A stretch of 64,000 bases of DNA from an uncultured Alphaproteobacteria bacterium (GCA_944392125.1 CALXVP010000001.1:4325-68324), one strand, 5' to 3'; shown: positions 1 through 9,992, numbered from the stretch's first letter. A program made the numbers and translations. The notes: generated by a model from the sequence alone, not told the origin.

Positions 1-55
1 GCACACTTGCAGTTGTATCCAGATATTTTTTCAGTGCGCGTAAAGAAACTTTCAT
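1..55 (-). CDS. pheT: Phenylalanine--tRNA ligase beta subunit, N-terminal 18 codons only (gene continues beyond window start)
   Basis: Reverse complement of 1..55 reads ATG AAA GTT TCT TTA CGC GCA CTG AAA AAA TAT CTG GAT... (MKVSLRALKKYLDT), matching the conserved PheT N-terminus pattern MKF(S/T)LxWLK. The ATG overlaps the pheS TGA stop (ATGA), and pheS-pheT is the canonical order. Confidence 0.6.
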   Translation of the reverse strand, partial: MKVSLRALKKYLDTTASV

Positions 56-1143
56 CGTTTTAATCCTCCGTTTAAACTTAATCCGCTTGTAATTGTCGGT
101 ATATCCAATGGTAAGAAGCCGTAATGTTTAATCCAGCGCATATCGGCGTCAAAGAAACTGCGTAAATCGGGAATGCCGTATTTAAGCATGGCAAAGCGGT
201 CAATTCCGCACCCGAAAGCAAATCCCTGATAAACGTTAGGGTCAAGCCCGCATGTGCGCAACACGTTCGGATGAACCATACCGCAACCCAATAATTCGCA
301 CCAACCGGCACCCGACTTAATTTTAAATTCGCCGTTTTCGCGCGAACATCCCACGTCTGCCTCGTAGGACGGCTCCGTAAATGGGAAGTATGACGGGCGG
401 AAACGTAATGCCACATCGTCTGTTTCAAAAAAGAGCTTCATAAACTCCATCAGCGTTGATTTTAAATGTGCGAGGTTTGTTTCGGTATCAATTACCAACC
501 CCTCAATTTGGTGGAACATCGGCGTATGCGTCATATCATAATCGCGTCGGTATGTTCGTCCGGGGGCGACAATTTTAATCGGCGGTTTCTTGTTTTCCAT
601 TGTGCGAATTTGCACGCCCGAAGTTTGTGTGCGCAACACAATGTTATCGGCATTTTCCATAAAGAATGTTGCCTGCATTTGGCGGGCAGGGTGCGCTGCC
701 GGAATGTTTAACGCCTCAAAATTATGGAAATCGTCTTCAATATCGGGCCCTTCGGCAACTTCAAATCCCATTTGCGCAAAAATGGTGAGCATTTCTTCCG
801 TTACTTGAGTAACGGGGTGAATGCGCCCCATGTTCGTGTTCGGACGAACAGGTAAGGTAATGTCCACACTTTCGTTTGCCAAACGCTCGTTCATTTCTTT
901 AAGTTCTAATTCTTGTTTTTTAGACTCAATCAACGTGCCGATTTCGTTTTTAAATGTATTTAAAACTTGTCCCGCCGTTTTGCGTTCGTCGGGGTTTAAT
1001 TTGCCGAGCCCTTTCATTAACTCCGTAACGGAGCCACTTTTCCCGAGTGTTTTAACGCGGATTTCATCAAGCGCAATCAACGTTTCGGCTTCCTGAATGG
1101 CTTTTACAAGAGCCGGTTTCATTTCTTCAATTTTTTGTTCCAT
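52..1143 (-). CDS. pheS: Phenylalanine--tRNA ligase alpha subunit
   Basis: 363-aa ORF with class II aaRS PheS motifs (FRPSYFPFTEPS, GWCELLGCGMVHPNVL, GFAFGCGIDRFAML). It overlaps the pheT start. Confidence 0.93.
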   Translation of the reverse strand: MEQKIEEMKPALVKAIQEAETLIALDEIRVKTLGKSGSVTELMKGLGKLNPDERKTAGQVLNTFKNEIGTLIESKKQELELKEMNERLANESVDITLPVRPNTNMGRIHPVTQVTEEMLTIFAQMGFEVAEGPDIEDDFHNFEALNIPAAHPARQMQATFFMENADNIVLRTQTSGVQIRTMENKKPPIKIVAPGRTYRRDYDMTHTPMFHQIEGLVIDTETNLAHLKSTLMEFMKLFFETDDVALRFRPSYFPFTEPSYEADVGCSRENGEFKIKSGAGWCELLGCGMVHPNVLRTCGLDPNVYQGFAFGCGIDRFAMLKYGIPDLRSFFDADMRWIKHYGFLPLDIPTITSGLSLNGGLKR

Positions 1144-1335
1144 GGTTCTTTCCTATCCGTTTATAGTTAAAGATGTGGATTATATAGCACACTTCCTTTA
1201 AAAAAGGAATAAAAAAATGAATATCCGCCACATAAAAAAACAAACTTTTTATCGGTAAAACACTTTATTTTAGCCATCAGGGGAAAACAAAGGAATGATA
1301 TCATGAATAAAATTCTTGCAGTTAAGGCAAAAATT

Positions 1336-1344
1336 TGGTATATT
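1336..1344 (+). promoter_or_regulatory. Extended -10 element (TGGTATATT) upstream of prfC, followed by an AAAAGGAAAAGGAAAAAAG ribosome-binding region
   Basis: TGn + TATATT located 37 nt upstream of the prfC ATG. The RBS is purine-rich. Confidence 0.3.
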
Positions 1345-1380
1345 CTGCGCATTTGATAAAGGAAAAGGAAAAAAGTTAAA

Positions 1381-2967
1381 ATGACGAACGAGTTATCAAC
1401 CATTGTATCTAAAAGACGCACATTTGCAATTATTTCGCACCCGGACGCAGGTAAAACAACGTTAACCGAAAAATTGTTGTTATTCGGAGGTGCCATCAAT
1501 CAGGCGGGCGCCGTGAAAGCGCGCGGGGAAAATCGCAGAGCGCGTTCCGACTGGATGAAGGTGGAGCAAGAACGGGGTATTTCCGTTGCGTCTTCCGTGA
1601 TGAGTTTTGAATATGGCGGGTGTTCGTTTAATTTGTTAGATACACCGGGGCACGAAGATTTCTCGGAAGATACGTATCGTGTGTTGACGGCAGTTGATTC
1701 GGCCGTGATGGTGATTGATTGCGCCAAAGGTATTGAGGAGCAAACGAAAAAGTTATTTGAAGTATGTCGGCTCAGGGATATTCCGATTATCACCTTTATC
1801 AACAAACTTGACCGCGAGGGGCAAGATCCGTTTGCCTTATTGGAAGAAATTGAACAAACGCTGGCATTAGATGTTTCGCCCGCCGTGTGGCCGATCGGCA
1901 TGGGGCGCGATTTTAAGGGGTGCTTTGATTTATTGAATGATCGGTTGAATCTTTTTGACAGAACGGCTGATAAGTCATCTTTACCGACAATCGGCGAAAC
2001 AATTAACGGCATTGATGATAAAAAGTTGGATACCGCGTTGCCGGCAGAGCAGGTATTGGCTTTGCGCGAGCAAGTTGAAATGGTGCGCGGACTTTGTCCG
2101 GCATTTGACAAAGAAGCGTATTTGAACGGCTCTATGACGCCGGTTTTCTTTGGTTCTGCCGTTAATAATTTCGGTGTGCGGGAATTGTTGGATGCGTTGG
2201 TAGCCTTTGCGCCGGCGCCCAGACCGCAAATAACCCCCACGCGCACCATAATGCCCGACGAATCAAAGGTAACGGGATTCATCTTTAAAATCCAAGCCAA
2301 TATGGACCCGAAACATCACGACAGAATCGCCTTTATGCGTGTTTGTTCGGGGCATTTTAAGCGGGGTATGAAACTATTTCACGAGCGTTCAAAAAAACAG
2401 ATGATATTGCATAATCCCGTTATGTTTTTAGCACAAGATAGAGAACTTGCCGAAGATGCCTACGCCGGCGATATTATCGGGTTACCGAATCATGGCGGAT
2501 ACCGTATCGGAGATACTTTTACCGAGGGCGAGATTTTGCAATTCAAAGGAATTCCCTCATTCGCACCGGAATTGTTAAAAAAAGTGCGTGCGGTTGACCC
2601 GCTCAAAGCAAAACACTTGGGTAAAGCACTGGAACAAATTGCAGAAGAGGGCGGTGCGAGTATTTTTAAGCCTATTCATGGATTTGAGTGGATTGTCGGC
2701 GTTGTCGGCGCCTTGCAATTTGAGGTGTTGGCCGATCGTATTCGCACGGAATTTGATGTGCCCGTTATTTTTGAAGCAACCTCTTACTACACGGCGCGTT
2801 GGCTGAAAGGGGATGTGTCAAAAGTCAAAAAATTTGCGGATATGAATGTTGCTACCATGGCAACCGATCATGACGGAGACTATGTCTTTTTAGCCCGCAA
2901 TGCTTGGCATTTAAATAAGTCAATGGAAGATAATCCCGAAATTTCATTCCTCAAAGTAAAAGAGTAG
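1381..2967 (+). CDS. prfC: Peptide chain release factor 3 (GTPase)
   Basis: 528 aa. N-terminus RRTFAIISHPDAGKTTLTEKLL, DTPGHEDF and NKLDR GTPase motifs, and a typical RF3 C-terminal domain. Confidence 0.93.
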   Translation: MTNELSTIVSKRRTFAIISHPDAGKTTLTEKLLLFGGAINQAGAVKARGENRRARSDWMKVEQERGISVASSVMSFEYGGCSFNLLDTPGHEDFSEDTYRVLTAVDSAVMVIDCAKGIEEQTKKLFEVCRLRDIPIITFINKLDREGQDPFALLEEIEQTLALDVSPAVWPIGMGRDFKGCFDLLNDRLNLFDRTADKSSLPTIGETINGIDDKKLDTALPAEQVLALREQVEMVRGLCPAFDKEAYLNGSMTPVFFGSAVNNFGVRELLDALVAFAPAPRPQITPTRTIMPDESKVTGFIFKIQANMDPKHHDRIAFMRVCSGHFKRGMKLFHERSKKQMILHNPVMFLAQDRELAEDAYAGDIIGLPNHGGYRIGDTFTEGEILQFKGIPSFAPELLKKVRAVDPLKAKHLGKALEQIAEEGGASIFKPIHGFEWIVGVVGALQFEVLADRIRTEFDVPVIFEATSYYTARWLKGDVSKVKKFADMNVATMATDHDGDYVFLARNAWHLNKSMEDNPEISFLKVKE

Positions 2968-3322
2968 GTTCTTTTGGGCAAAAACCGAGTTTTTTCTGAT
3001 AATGCGTTAAGATTGCGCAATAACACATTATCTTCGCGTGTTAAAATCTCCAAACCCAAGTTATCAAAGCAATTCGCAAGAAACGGATATTGTTATGCAA
3101 AAATGTCCCCTGTTTTTTTTATACTCTTGTTGATTTGACCAAATCGCCACGTCGTTCTGGCAGAATTGCTACTCAACGAACAAATCAGTCGATTCAAAAG
3201 ACGCAACATATCAGAGAGTAGTTCGGCAGTAGTATTTTTAAGACGACTAAAATCAAAAAATAAGTTGACATATTTCTTAATTGTGATACTCTTATAGTAT
3301 TAAATCAAGAAAAGGAGAAGAG

Positions 3323-4378
3323 ATGTTTAGCAAAACTCACAAAACTGAAGTGATTATATCGCAAGTTAATCCAACCCCAGTAGATGGAACGGACGCTAAC
3401 GGATTAACGGCTTTAATGCACGCAATCAGATCAAAAGACATAAAATCAGTCAAGCACTTGATTTTAAGGGAACATGCCAAAATAGATGTTGCCGATAAAA
3501 ACGGGCAGACACCATTGATTCATGCCGTAAAATCGGGGACAAATAGTATCGTGGAATATTTGCTTTACATGGGTGCCGATGCAACGAGACGTGACAAATT
3601 CGGGCGGACGGCATTGATGTATGCGGCATGGAAAGGATACCCTGAACTGATGGGGATTCTTTTGAGAAAGGATTCGTCAGACAGATATATAACCGATAAC
3701 AATGGGGCAAATGCCATTATGTATGCTGCTCTATCCGGTAATTTAGAATGCGTAGACAGACTGAACAGACAAGATGATGATTTGTTTGTTGAGGATAATA
3801 AGGGACGAAATTTACTGTGGTATGCGTGCAATTCGGGAAATCCGTCTCTTGTGAAAGATTTGGTTGATTCGGGCGTTGATATAGATCATCGGGCTGAAAA
3901 TGGAGAAACGCCGTTGATGCATGCCATTCGCGAAAGGAAAGTGATTGTATCGGACCGTTTGATTCAACTCGGCGCAGATGTAGATGCACAAGATAATAAC
4001 GGATTAACACCGCTAATGATCGGCATTGAGAATACGTTTATTTGCGAAAATTTGTTACGAGCAAATGCCGATCTTGATAAAAAGGATAATAACGGATGGA
4101 CGGCCGCCATGCATGCTGTTAATCTGCGTGAATTAAAAGGACTTGAAATCTTAATCAACGGTGGTGCAAATTTGCGTTTGACAAATAATGAGGATAAAAC
4201 TGTTTTTGAGATGATTGTCGATAAGAAGTTTAATGAAGCGGCTTGGACATTAAGGCATGCACTCAGAGAAGGAAAAGTATCTTATGACAGATTTTGCCGT
4301 ATTGAACCGATTATTAAAGTGCGGGTAGATATTTTTCGGCGCTTGAATGGTTATTATAATCAGCATACAAAATCATAA
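3323..4378 (+). CDS. Ankyrin-repeat protein (about 8 ANK repeats)
   Basis: Repeated G-(x)-TPLM(H/Y)A...G...(V/I)..LL..GAD(V/I)(N/D) units. Strong RBS AAAAGGAGAAG 5 nt upstream of the ATG. Confidence 0.85.
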   Translation: MFSKTHKTEVIISQVNPTPVDGTDANGLTALMHAIRSKDIKSVKHLILREHAKIDVADKNGQTPLIHAVKSGTNSIVEYLLYMGADATRRDKFGRTALMYAAWKGYPELMGILLRKDSSDRYITDNNGANAIMYAALSGNLECVDRLNRQDDDLFVEDNKGRNLLWYACNSGNPSLVKDLVDSGVDIDHRAENGETPLMHAIRERKVIVSDRLIQLGADVDAQDNNGLTPLMIGIENTFICENLLRANADLDKKDNNGWTAAMHAVNLRELKGLEILINGGANLRLTNNEDKTVFEMIVDKKFNEAAWTLRHALREGKVSYDRFCRIEPIIKVRVDIFRRLNGYYNQHTKS

Positions 4379-4454
4379 TGTGAGTGTATGGTATGATGCA
4401 CTTTAAAGAATATGCTGTGATTTAATTCAAAAAAGCCTTTATATCAAATAGGAA

Positions 4455-4480
4455 GCGGGAAGATTCTTTCCCGCTTTTTA
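4455..4480 (+). terminator. Rho-independent terminator after the ankyrin gene (GCGGGAA-gattct-TTCCCGC + TTTTT)
   Basis: 7-bp GC-rich perfect stem followed by a T-run. Confidence 0.55.
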
Positions 4481-4687
4481 TAATAATATGCAATTTATAA
4501 GATGATTTTCCCTTACGGATTTAGGCTGATAATTGTTATTAAAAAAACTTATATAAAAACGTATTGCAATTCACAACCTCAGATAAGATGTTGTTAATTA
4601 AATCTCTTGCCGTAAATTTTATGCATTTTTAAAAAATAGAATCAGAATAATTTGTTCATAGCGGTATAGATACCAAAACGCACCCAT

Positions 4688-4733
4688 ACAAAAACACCGC
4701 CTCTATCAAACAAATCAACAAACAGAGGCGGTG
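4688..4733 (-). terminator. Rho-independent terminator downstream of the 4758..5528 gene (CACCGCCTCT...AGAGGCGGTG stem, T-run on the minus strand)
   Basis: 10-bp perfect stem. On the minus strand it is followed by TTTTTGT. Confidence 0.5.
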
Positions 4734-4757
4734 CAAACGAAATGTTTAACGGATTGT

Positions 4758-5528
4758 TTAGATGGACTTTCCGCCGACCATGGACATAATATGCGCCGTC
4801 AAATTACCGTTTTCAAGCGCATTTGTCATAGCCTTTTCAGACTTTAAGCCTGCCATTTCACCCAGCAATTTTCCAATATAATTATCGGATGCTATTTTGT
4901 CATCGCCCGTCAGACGTTTTTGCAACTCTTCAATCAAATTCGGCATTTGCGCTTTAATTGATTCAACAGGATTGCTGATAAGTTGACTGAGCATTGCAAT
5001 ATAGCCTGTTGTTAAGCCGATACCTGTTAAATTGATAACATTGCGATTCGGCATCAGTTGCTCATCCGTGATAATGTTTTGCGAGGCTTGCCTGCGAGGC
5101 AATTCTTCAAATCCGACCTGCTTGACATCAGCCATATATTTTGATTTTTCTCGGGCTCGGCGCACGCGCTCTTGCACTTTTTCTATTTTATCATAGCATT
5201 TATACAGATGCTTTGTGAGCACCTCGGATGCTTTTTTATACGGGCTATCGGCCGGCAAGTGCTCGGCATAATTTGCTACACTGACCAATTCAACCAGTAT
5301 TTGCGATTTACAATTACAAACATCCATTAAATCGTTTTCGGAAACCGATTCATCATCAGCTAAAATTTTGCTTTCTAAATTTCCGATATAAGCATACCGT
5401 GCCGCTTGCAAGTTAATGGCTTTTTCTTCTTTTTCGGGGGTATTTTCGTTTTCATTTTCCCGTTCTTCTTCTGCCACAACTTCTTCCGCTTCCGTTTCCG
5501 CTGTTGATTTATTTTCCGTTTCTTCCAT
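4758..5528 (-). CDS. Hypothetical protein with a strongly acidic N-terminal 40 aa (E/T-rich). No family recognised.
   Basis: 256-aa ORF with RBS AAGGAGG 6 nt upstream. Probably co-transcribed downstream of the YceD-like gene. Confidence 0.6.
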   Translation of the reverse strand: MEETENKSTAETEAEEVVAEEERENENENTPEKEEKAINLQAARYAYIGNLESKILADDESVSENDLMDVCNCKSQILVELVSVANYAEHLPADSPYKKASEVLTKHLYKCYDKIEKVQERVRRAREKSKYMADVKQVGFEELPRRQASQNIITDEQLMPNRNVINLTGIGLTTGYIAMLSQLISNPVESIKAQMPNLIEELQKRLTGDDKIASDNYIGKLLGEMAGLKSEKAMTNALENGNLTAHIMSMVGGKSI

Positions 5529-5564
5529 AAGAGCCTCCTTGTTTTCTTTTTATTTTACTCTTTT

Positions 5565-6089
5565 TTAATCTTTTGTCAAGTGTTTAAGAACGGCAAACGG
5601 ATTTTCTTTGCTTAATTCTGCATTTTCTTCACGGTATTCAAACGGCTCATCCGTATTTTTCGGAAAAGGATCCAGCAATAACCCGAATTGTTCGGTAATG
5701 ATATCTTTAAAATAAATTTGTCCGCGTGGCAAAAATTCAATCGGCTCTTCATCTAAATCAATATCCGGCTTTTGTTGCTCTTTGATGGGGGAGGTAGAGA
5801 ACAAAAGTGTAAAATCGCCTGTTGCGGGTTGCGTAAATTCCTCCGCTGTAATCACGCATTCACGGCGTGTTATAATGGATAATTTTCCCTCTATAGTAAT
5901 GATATTTCCTTCCGAAAAAGCGGTTATATCTGCTACAACGGATAAAACGGCCGGAATTTCATACCATTCGGCCAATGCTCGACATTCCTCCTCTGTTGCC
6001 TCTAATGAAAAAGATGTTTTTTGCGGTGAAATTTTGCGTGCATCAAGCACAAACGAAATACCTTTTTTTAAAACGGTTGATTTTTCCAT
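5565..6089 (-). CDS. yceD: YceD/DUF177 family protein (large ribosomal subunit accumulation protein-like)
   Basis: 174 aa, acidic, with four Cys (metal-ligand candidates) and a C-terminal ...NPFAVLKHL motif characteristic of DUF177. RBS AAGAAAGGG. Confidence 0.55.
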   Translation of the reverse strand: MEKSTVLKKGISFVLDARKISPQKTSFSLEATEEECRALAEWYEIPAVLSVVADITAFSEGNIITIEGKLSIITRRECVITAEEFTQPATGDFTLLFSTSPIKEQQKPDIDLDEEPIEFLPRGQIYFKDIITEQFGLLLDPFPKNTDEPFEYREENAELSKENPFAVLKHLTKD

Positions 6090-6152
6090 TGACGAATGCC
6101 CTTTCTTTGGCTTATATATAACAATAGGTTCATTATAGCAAAGAAGAAAACA

Positions 6153-6611
6153 ATGTTCAAGAAACTTATTTACACATCTTTTATTTTAAGCGCCGTTTTA
6201 TTAAGCGGTTGCGGATTGGAAACGTATCAAAGCGGTGATTTGCCGAGCCAGAAACGGCTTGACTTAATGAAGCCGGGGTTTACGAAAGCCCAAACGGTGG
6301 ATTTATTGGGTGAGCCGAGCTTTAAGAATAAAATCGGCGCTGATGATTTTTACATTTATTCCAAAGTCATTAAAAAGAGTCAAATGTTTTTCGAGCCGAA
6401 AGAGGTTGAGCGGGATATTTATGTTATTTCCTTTAATCAACTCGGTATTGTCACCGATATTCAGCATTTAACGTTGAAAGACGGCAATAAAGTTGCCTTT
6501 GATGAAGATATAACGCGCGTGAAAGGCAAAGAGTTATCCGTAATGGAACAACTGATTAAAAACTTCGGGCGTTATGATGCCGGCGGGCTGGATAGTTCCG
6601 TGCGTCAATAA
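6153..6611 (+). CDS. bamE: Outer-membrane lipoprotein BamE/SmpA-OmlA family
   Basis: Lipoprotein signal MFKKLIYTSFILSAVLLSGC (lipobox LSGC) and the BamE motif GFTKAQTVDLLGEPS. The ORF-track start at 6096 is probably too far upstream. Confidence 0.6.
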   Translation: MFKKLIYTSFILSAVLLSGCGLETYQSGDLPSQKRLDLMKPGFTKAQTVDLLGEPSFKNKIGADDFYIYSKVIKKSQMFFEPKEVERDIYVISFNQLGIVTDIQHLTLKDGNKVAFDEDITRVKGKELSVMEQLIKNFGRYDAGGLDSSVRQ

Positions 6612-6941
6612 AAGATACGCTGGTTTATGCGAACTTCAACGGTTTTGATATACTTGGTTAAAAATAAAACGCCTCGTTTTGCGGGGCGTTTATGATTGAA
6701 TGAAATTGGAAGAACCGTGTTAAAGTTCGGCAGGTGAGGTAAATTGCCATATACAAATAACCTGTGAAAAAAAGCGCTATAATTAAGGTAAAATATCCGT
6801 CCCGTTAACATTGAATAAATGCATGAGATTACGATTTGTATATTTTGCAAAATTGAACCAAAATAAACTCTCTCGCGCTTATTGTAACCCGAGTTAAGAA
6901 GAAAAATTTTTGCACCGTTTTATAATTTTAAACTTACGCAA

Positions 6942-7868
6942 TTAAACGCGACTCAATCCGCCATTTTTGCGAATCAATTCGCGCAAGGCTTTTTGGGCGG
7001 TAATTCGTTTTTGTGCTTGCTTTTTCAAATACATTAAACGCCGTTCCTCAAAAGGAATGGACTGACGCGCTTGAATTTCTTTCTTTCGTTCTTGGTGCAA
7101 GAAACGACGAATTACTTGATTATGCGCCGCTTGTTCGGGCGTTTGGCCGTTGTTGTTCCGAATAGTTAAATCGGGCGCGATGGCGCTCGGTGTGTTGAAG
7201 AAGAGTTTTGCATTATCAACATTGTGTTGATAATCTAATAAGTGCAAAGCTGTTTCCCCGTTCGCATTTTGTTTGTTCGGATCAAAATGATGCGTCAGCA
7301 ACGTGCGAATAACTTTGGGGCCGGCATGCAAAACGGCAATATGCAAAAGGGAATTATTATCAATGTAATCATTATCTGCTTGAACTGTTTTTAGCTGTTC
7401 TTTTTTTAAATGCTCAAAATAAAGTTGCAATAATTCCGGTTTATTATAACGAACGGCACGATAGAGGGGTGAAAAATGATTCGAGGCTTTTAATGTTGGG
7501 TCGGCACCCGCCTCTAAGAGCACTTTTGTGCCTTTTAGCGATGAAATGCCGGCGCAATAATCCAATAGGCTCGAGCCATCTTGCAATAATTCATTTGCAC
7601 AATGCCAACGTTTCAAAATTTCATAAGCCGTATCGTATGATTTCTTTGTAATCATATCACAAACAAACATGACGGCTTTTTGCTTATTTTCGCTCGTTTT
7701 ATTTTCAATATCAGATAAATGCAACTCAACCGAACCGCCGATTTCATCATTGGCCGATACCGTTACTGTTTCTTCACTTATCTCTTGATTCAAGCCAGTT
7801 AATGTAAGTGTATCTGCCGTATTACCCGTATTTTCTTCATTAAAAGTCATTTGAATATTCTTATCCAT
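6942..7868 (-). CDS. Ankyrin-repeat protein
   Basis: 308 aa with ANK units (LLEAGADPTLK, NNSLLHIAVLHAGPKVIRTLL, NGETALHLL). RBS GAAAGGGTG. Confidence 0.8.
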   Translation of the reverse strand: MDKNIQMTFNEENTGNTADTLTLTGLNQEISEETVTVSANDEIGGSVELHLSDIENKTSENKQKAVMFVCDMITKKSYDTAYEILKRWHCANELLQDGSSLLDYCAGISSLKGTKVLLEAGADPTLKASNHFSPLYRAVRYNKPELLQLYFEHLKKEQLKTVQADNDYIDNNSLLHIAVLHAGPKVIRTLLTHHFDPNKQNANGETALHLLDYQHNVDNAKLFFNTPSAIAPDLTIRNNNGQTPEQAAHNQVIRRFLHQERKKEIQARQSIPFEERRLMYLKKQAQKRITAQKALRELIRKNGGLSRV

Positions 7869-8029
7869 CGTTGCACCCTTTCTTGTTTCATTTATCGGCA
7901 GTATATCATGTTTTTAGATTTTTTTCAACATTTTTTAATAAGAAAATTTCTTTTTTTTGCCTGAAAGCGGAATATGCTTGACATCATCTGAAACAACGTT
8001 ATACTTAAAAATCTGAACAAGGATAGAAA

Positions 8030-8482
8030 ATGAAAATTGTTTTACAACGCGTCATAAAAGCGTCCGTTTCGGTTAAGGGAGAATGTTGCGGTTCGTGCGA
8101 CAAGGGATTTTGTCTGCTTGTCGGCATTGAAAAAAGCGATACGTGCGATGATGTTGCTTATTTGGCGCAAAAAGTTGTTAATTTGCGCATTTTCTCTGAT
8201 GAAAACGGCAAGATGAATAAATCAATCGGCGATATCAACGGTTCGGCTTTAATTGTTTCGCAATTCACATTGTCGGCCGACTGTCGCACGGGGCGACGCC
8301 CTTCTTTTACAAATGCGGGCAGTCCGAAAAGGGCAAAGGAATTATTTGATTTGTTTGTGTCCTCTGTTCAAGAATACGGTATTCCCGTTCAGACGGGCAT
8401 TTTTGGGGCTGAAATGCTGGTTCAAATAGAAAATGACGGCCCGGCCACGTTTATTTTAGAAAGTCAAGAGCATGAAAAATAA
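8030..8482 (+). CDS. dtd: D-aminoacyl-tRNA deacylase
   Basis: 150 aa with MKIVLQRV...SQFTL...GPATF motifs typical of Dtd. Confidence 0.88.
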   Translation: MKIVLQRVIKASVSVKGECCGSCDKGFCLLVGIEKSDTCDDVAYLAQKVVNLRIFSDENGKMNKSIGDINGSALIVSQFTLSADCRTGRRPSFTNAGSPKRAKELFDLFVSSVQEYGIPVQTGIFGAEMLVQIENDGPATFILESQEHEK

Positions 8483-8675
8483 TCAAAAATCATCACCGGA
8501 ACAGAGCGATATTATTCAACAAACGGCTATGGAAAATTTGCATTTAACGGCCAAAAAAGCCGAATCTTTTGCAAAACAGGCAAGGGCATTGCAAAAAAAT
8601 CTTGCATTACGTAAGCGCCAAAAAGAAGCCCGCGAAGCTCGGCAAGATACCAAATTACAAACCGAACAAAAATAA
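8472..8675 (+). CDS. Small basic, probably coiled-coil hypothetical protein (67 aa)
   Basis: The ORF overlaps the dtd stop. Lys/Arg/Gln-rich. Calling it a gene is uncertain. Confidence 0.3.
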   Translation: MKNNQKSSPEQSDIIQQTAMENLHLTAKKAESFAKQARALQKNLALRKRQKEAREARQDTKLQTEQK

Positions 8676-8695
8676 CGCAATGAAAGGGAACGGCT

Positions 8696-9958
8696 ATGTA
8701 TGCATTTAAAATACAAGGCGGTAATCGTTTATTCGGAACGGTTGAGATAAACGGAGCCAAAAATGCCATTTTACCGATTATGGCAGGAGCATTGCTGACG
8801 GCGGAGCCGGTAAAATTGGAAAATATTTCTTATTTATCAGATGTAAAAGTATTATCACAACTGCTAAGCAGTTTGGGTATGAAAATACAAAACGAAACCG
8901 ATTCCCTTACATTAAGAGCGGATGATATTGTTTCAACACATGCAGATTATGAATATGTATCCAAAATGAGAGGCTCGTTTTGGGTTTTAGGGCCTTTACT
9001 CGGGCGTTTCCATAAGGCAGAAGTTTCATTGCCGGGGGGATGTGCCATCGGCACAAGGCCCGTGGACTTATATTTGATGGCCCTGCGTGAAATGGGGGCA
9101 GAGATTAAAATTGAAAACGGCTATGTTTGTGCAACGGGGCCCTTGCACGGCGCAGAGATATTTTTTCCGAAAGTATCCGTAGGGGCAACGCATAATACCG
9201 TGATGGCAGCTGTTTTAACGCCCGGTAAAACCGTGATTCACAATCCGGCATTAGAACCGGAAGTAATTGATTTATTGAATATGCTCGTCAAAATGGGCGC
9301 GGATATTAAAGGCATCGGCACCAAAACGTTGATTATTACGGGTGTGGAAAAATTGCACGGATGCAAGCACAAGATTATTCCCGATAGAATTGAAGCCGCC
9401 ACTTTTGCCATTGCGGGAGCCATGACACGCGGACGTATCTTTATGAAAGGGGCAAGGCTGAATTTAATGGAAGCCGTTGCCGATGTTTTGCGGGTAAGCC
9501 ATGTTGAGATAACGCAAGAACAAGAGGGTGTATTGGTAGATGCGACTCATGCAAAGCTGACGGCAACGCCGATAACCACGTGCGAGTATCCCGGATTCCC
9601 GACGGATGTGCAATCACTGATGACTTCATTATTGGCGATTGCGGAGGGAGACAGCGTTGTGGAAGAGCGTATCTTTGAGAATCGGTTTATGCACATACCC
9701 GAGTTGCAACGTATGGGTGCGCATGTGCGCAATATTAACGGCAATACAATTTTGATTACGGGCGTCCCCGAATTATCGGGAGCAACGGTGATGTCTTCCG
9801 ATTTGCGAGGGGGTGTCGGACTTGTTTTGGCGGCTCTGGTTGCAAAAGGACAATCCATCGTCAAGCGGATATATCATATTGACCGCGGGTATTATAGTCT
9901 GGAATCTAAACTCAGTGGGTTAGGGGCTGTCATTGAGCGGATTCATTTGGACGATTAA
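8696..9958 (+). CDS. murA: UDP-N-acetylglucosamine 1-carboxyvinyltransferase
   Basis: 420 aa with a typical MurA N-terminus (KIQGGNRLFGTVEINGAKNA) and the active-site Cys region LPGGCAIGTRPVDL. Confidence 0.93.
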   Translation: MYAFKIQGGNRLFGTVEINGAKNAILPIMAGALLTAEPVKLENISYLSDVKVLSQLLSSLGMKIQNETDSLTLRADDIVSTHADYEYVSKMRGSFWVLGPLLGRFHKAEVSLPGGCAIGTRPVDLYLMALREMGAEIKIENGYVCATGPLHGAEIFFPKVSVGATHNTVMAAVLTPGKTVIHNPALEPEVIDLLNMLVKMGADIKGIGTKTLIITGVEKLHGCKHKIIPDRIEAATFAIAGAMTRGRIFMKGARLNLMEAVADVLRVSHVEITQEQEGVLVDATHAKLTATPITTCEYPGFPTDVQSLMTSLLAIAEGDSVVEERIFENRFMHIPELQRMGAHVRNINGNTILITGVPELSGATVMSSDLRGGVGLVLAALVAKGQSIVKRIYHIDRGYYSLESKLSGLGAVIERIHLDD

Positions 9959-9992
9959 CAACTTGCCATCGGGGTTGTAAAATTTTTAAAAA

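Noticed and set aside
1167-1499. 110-aa ORF on the minus strand spanning the pheS-prfC intergenic region
   Set aside because: It overlaps the prfC start and promoter. Its translation is AT-rich and poly-N/F. The region is better explained as a divergent promoter region.
78-2300. Many ORF-track entries nested inside or antisense to large genes (e.g. 78..428, 466..711, 590..808, 821..1096, 1500..2300, 1981..2229; similarly 10141..10521 and 11843..12231 inside the Cys-rich gene, and 53667..54429 inside atpA)
   Set aside because: They lie wholly within well-supported conserved genes (pheS, prfC, atpA and others) in other frames or on the other strand. They lack RBSs and have low-complexity or compositionally odd translations. 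They are shadow ORFs.
2588-2806. 72-aa ORF inside prfC (same strand, different frame) and similar same-strand internal ORFs (e.g. 27202..27459 and 27586..27864 inside the MORN gene)
   Set aside because: They are embedded in strongly supported longer reading frames and have no independent expression signals.
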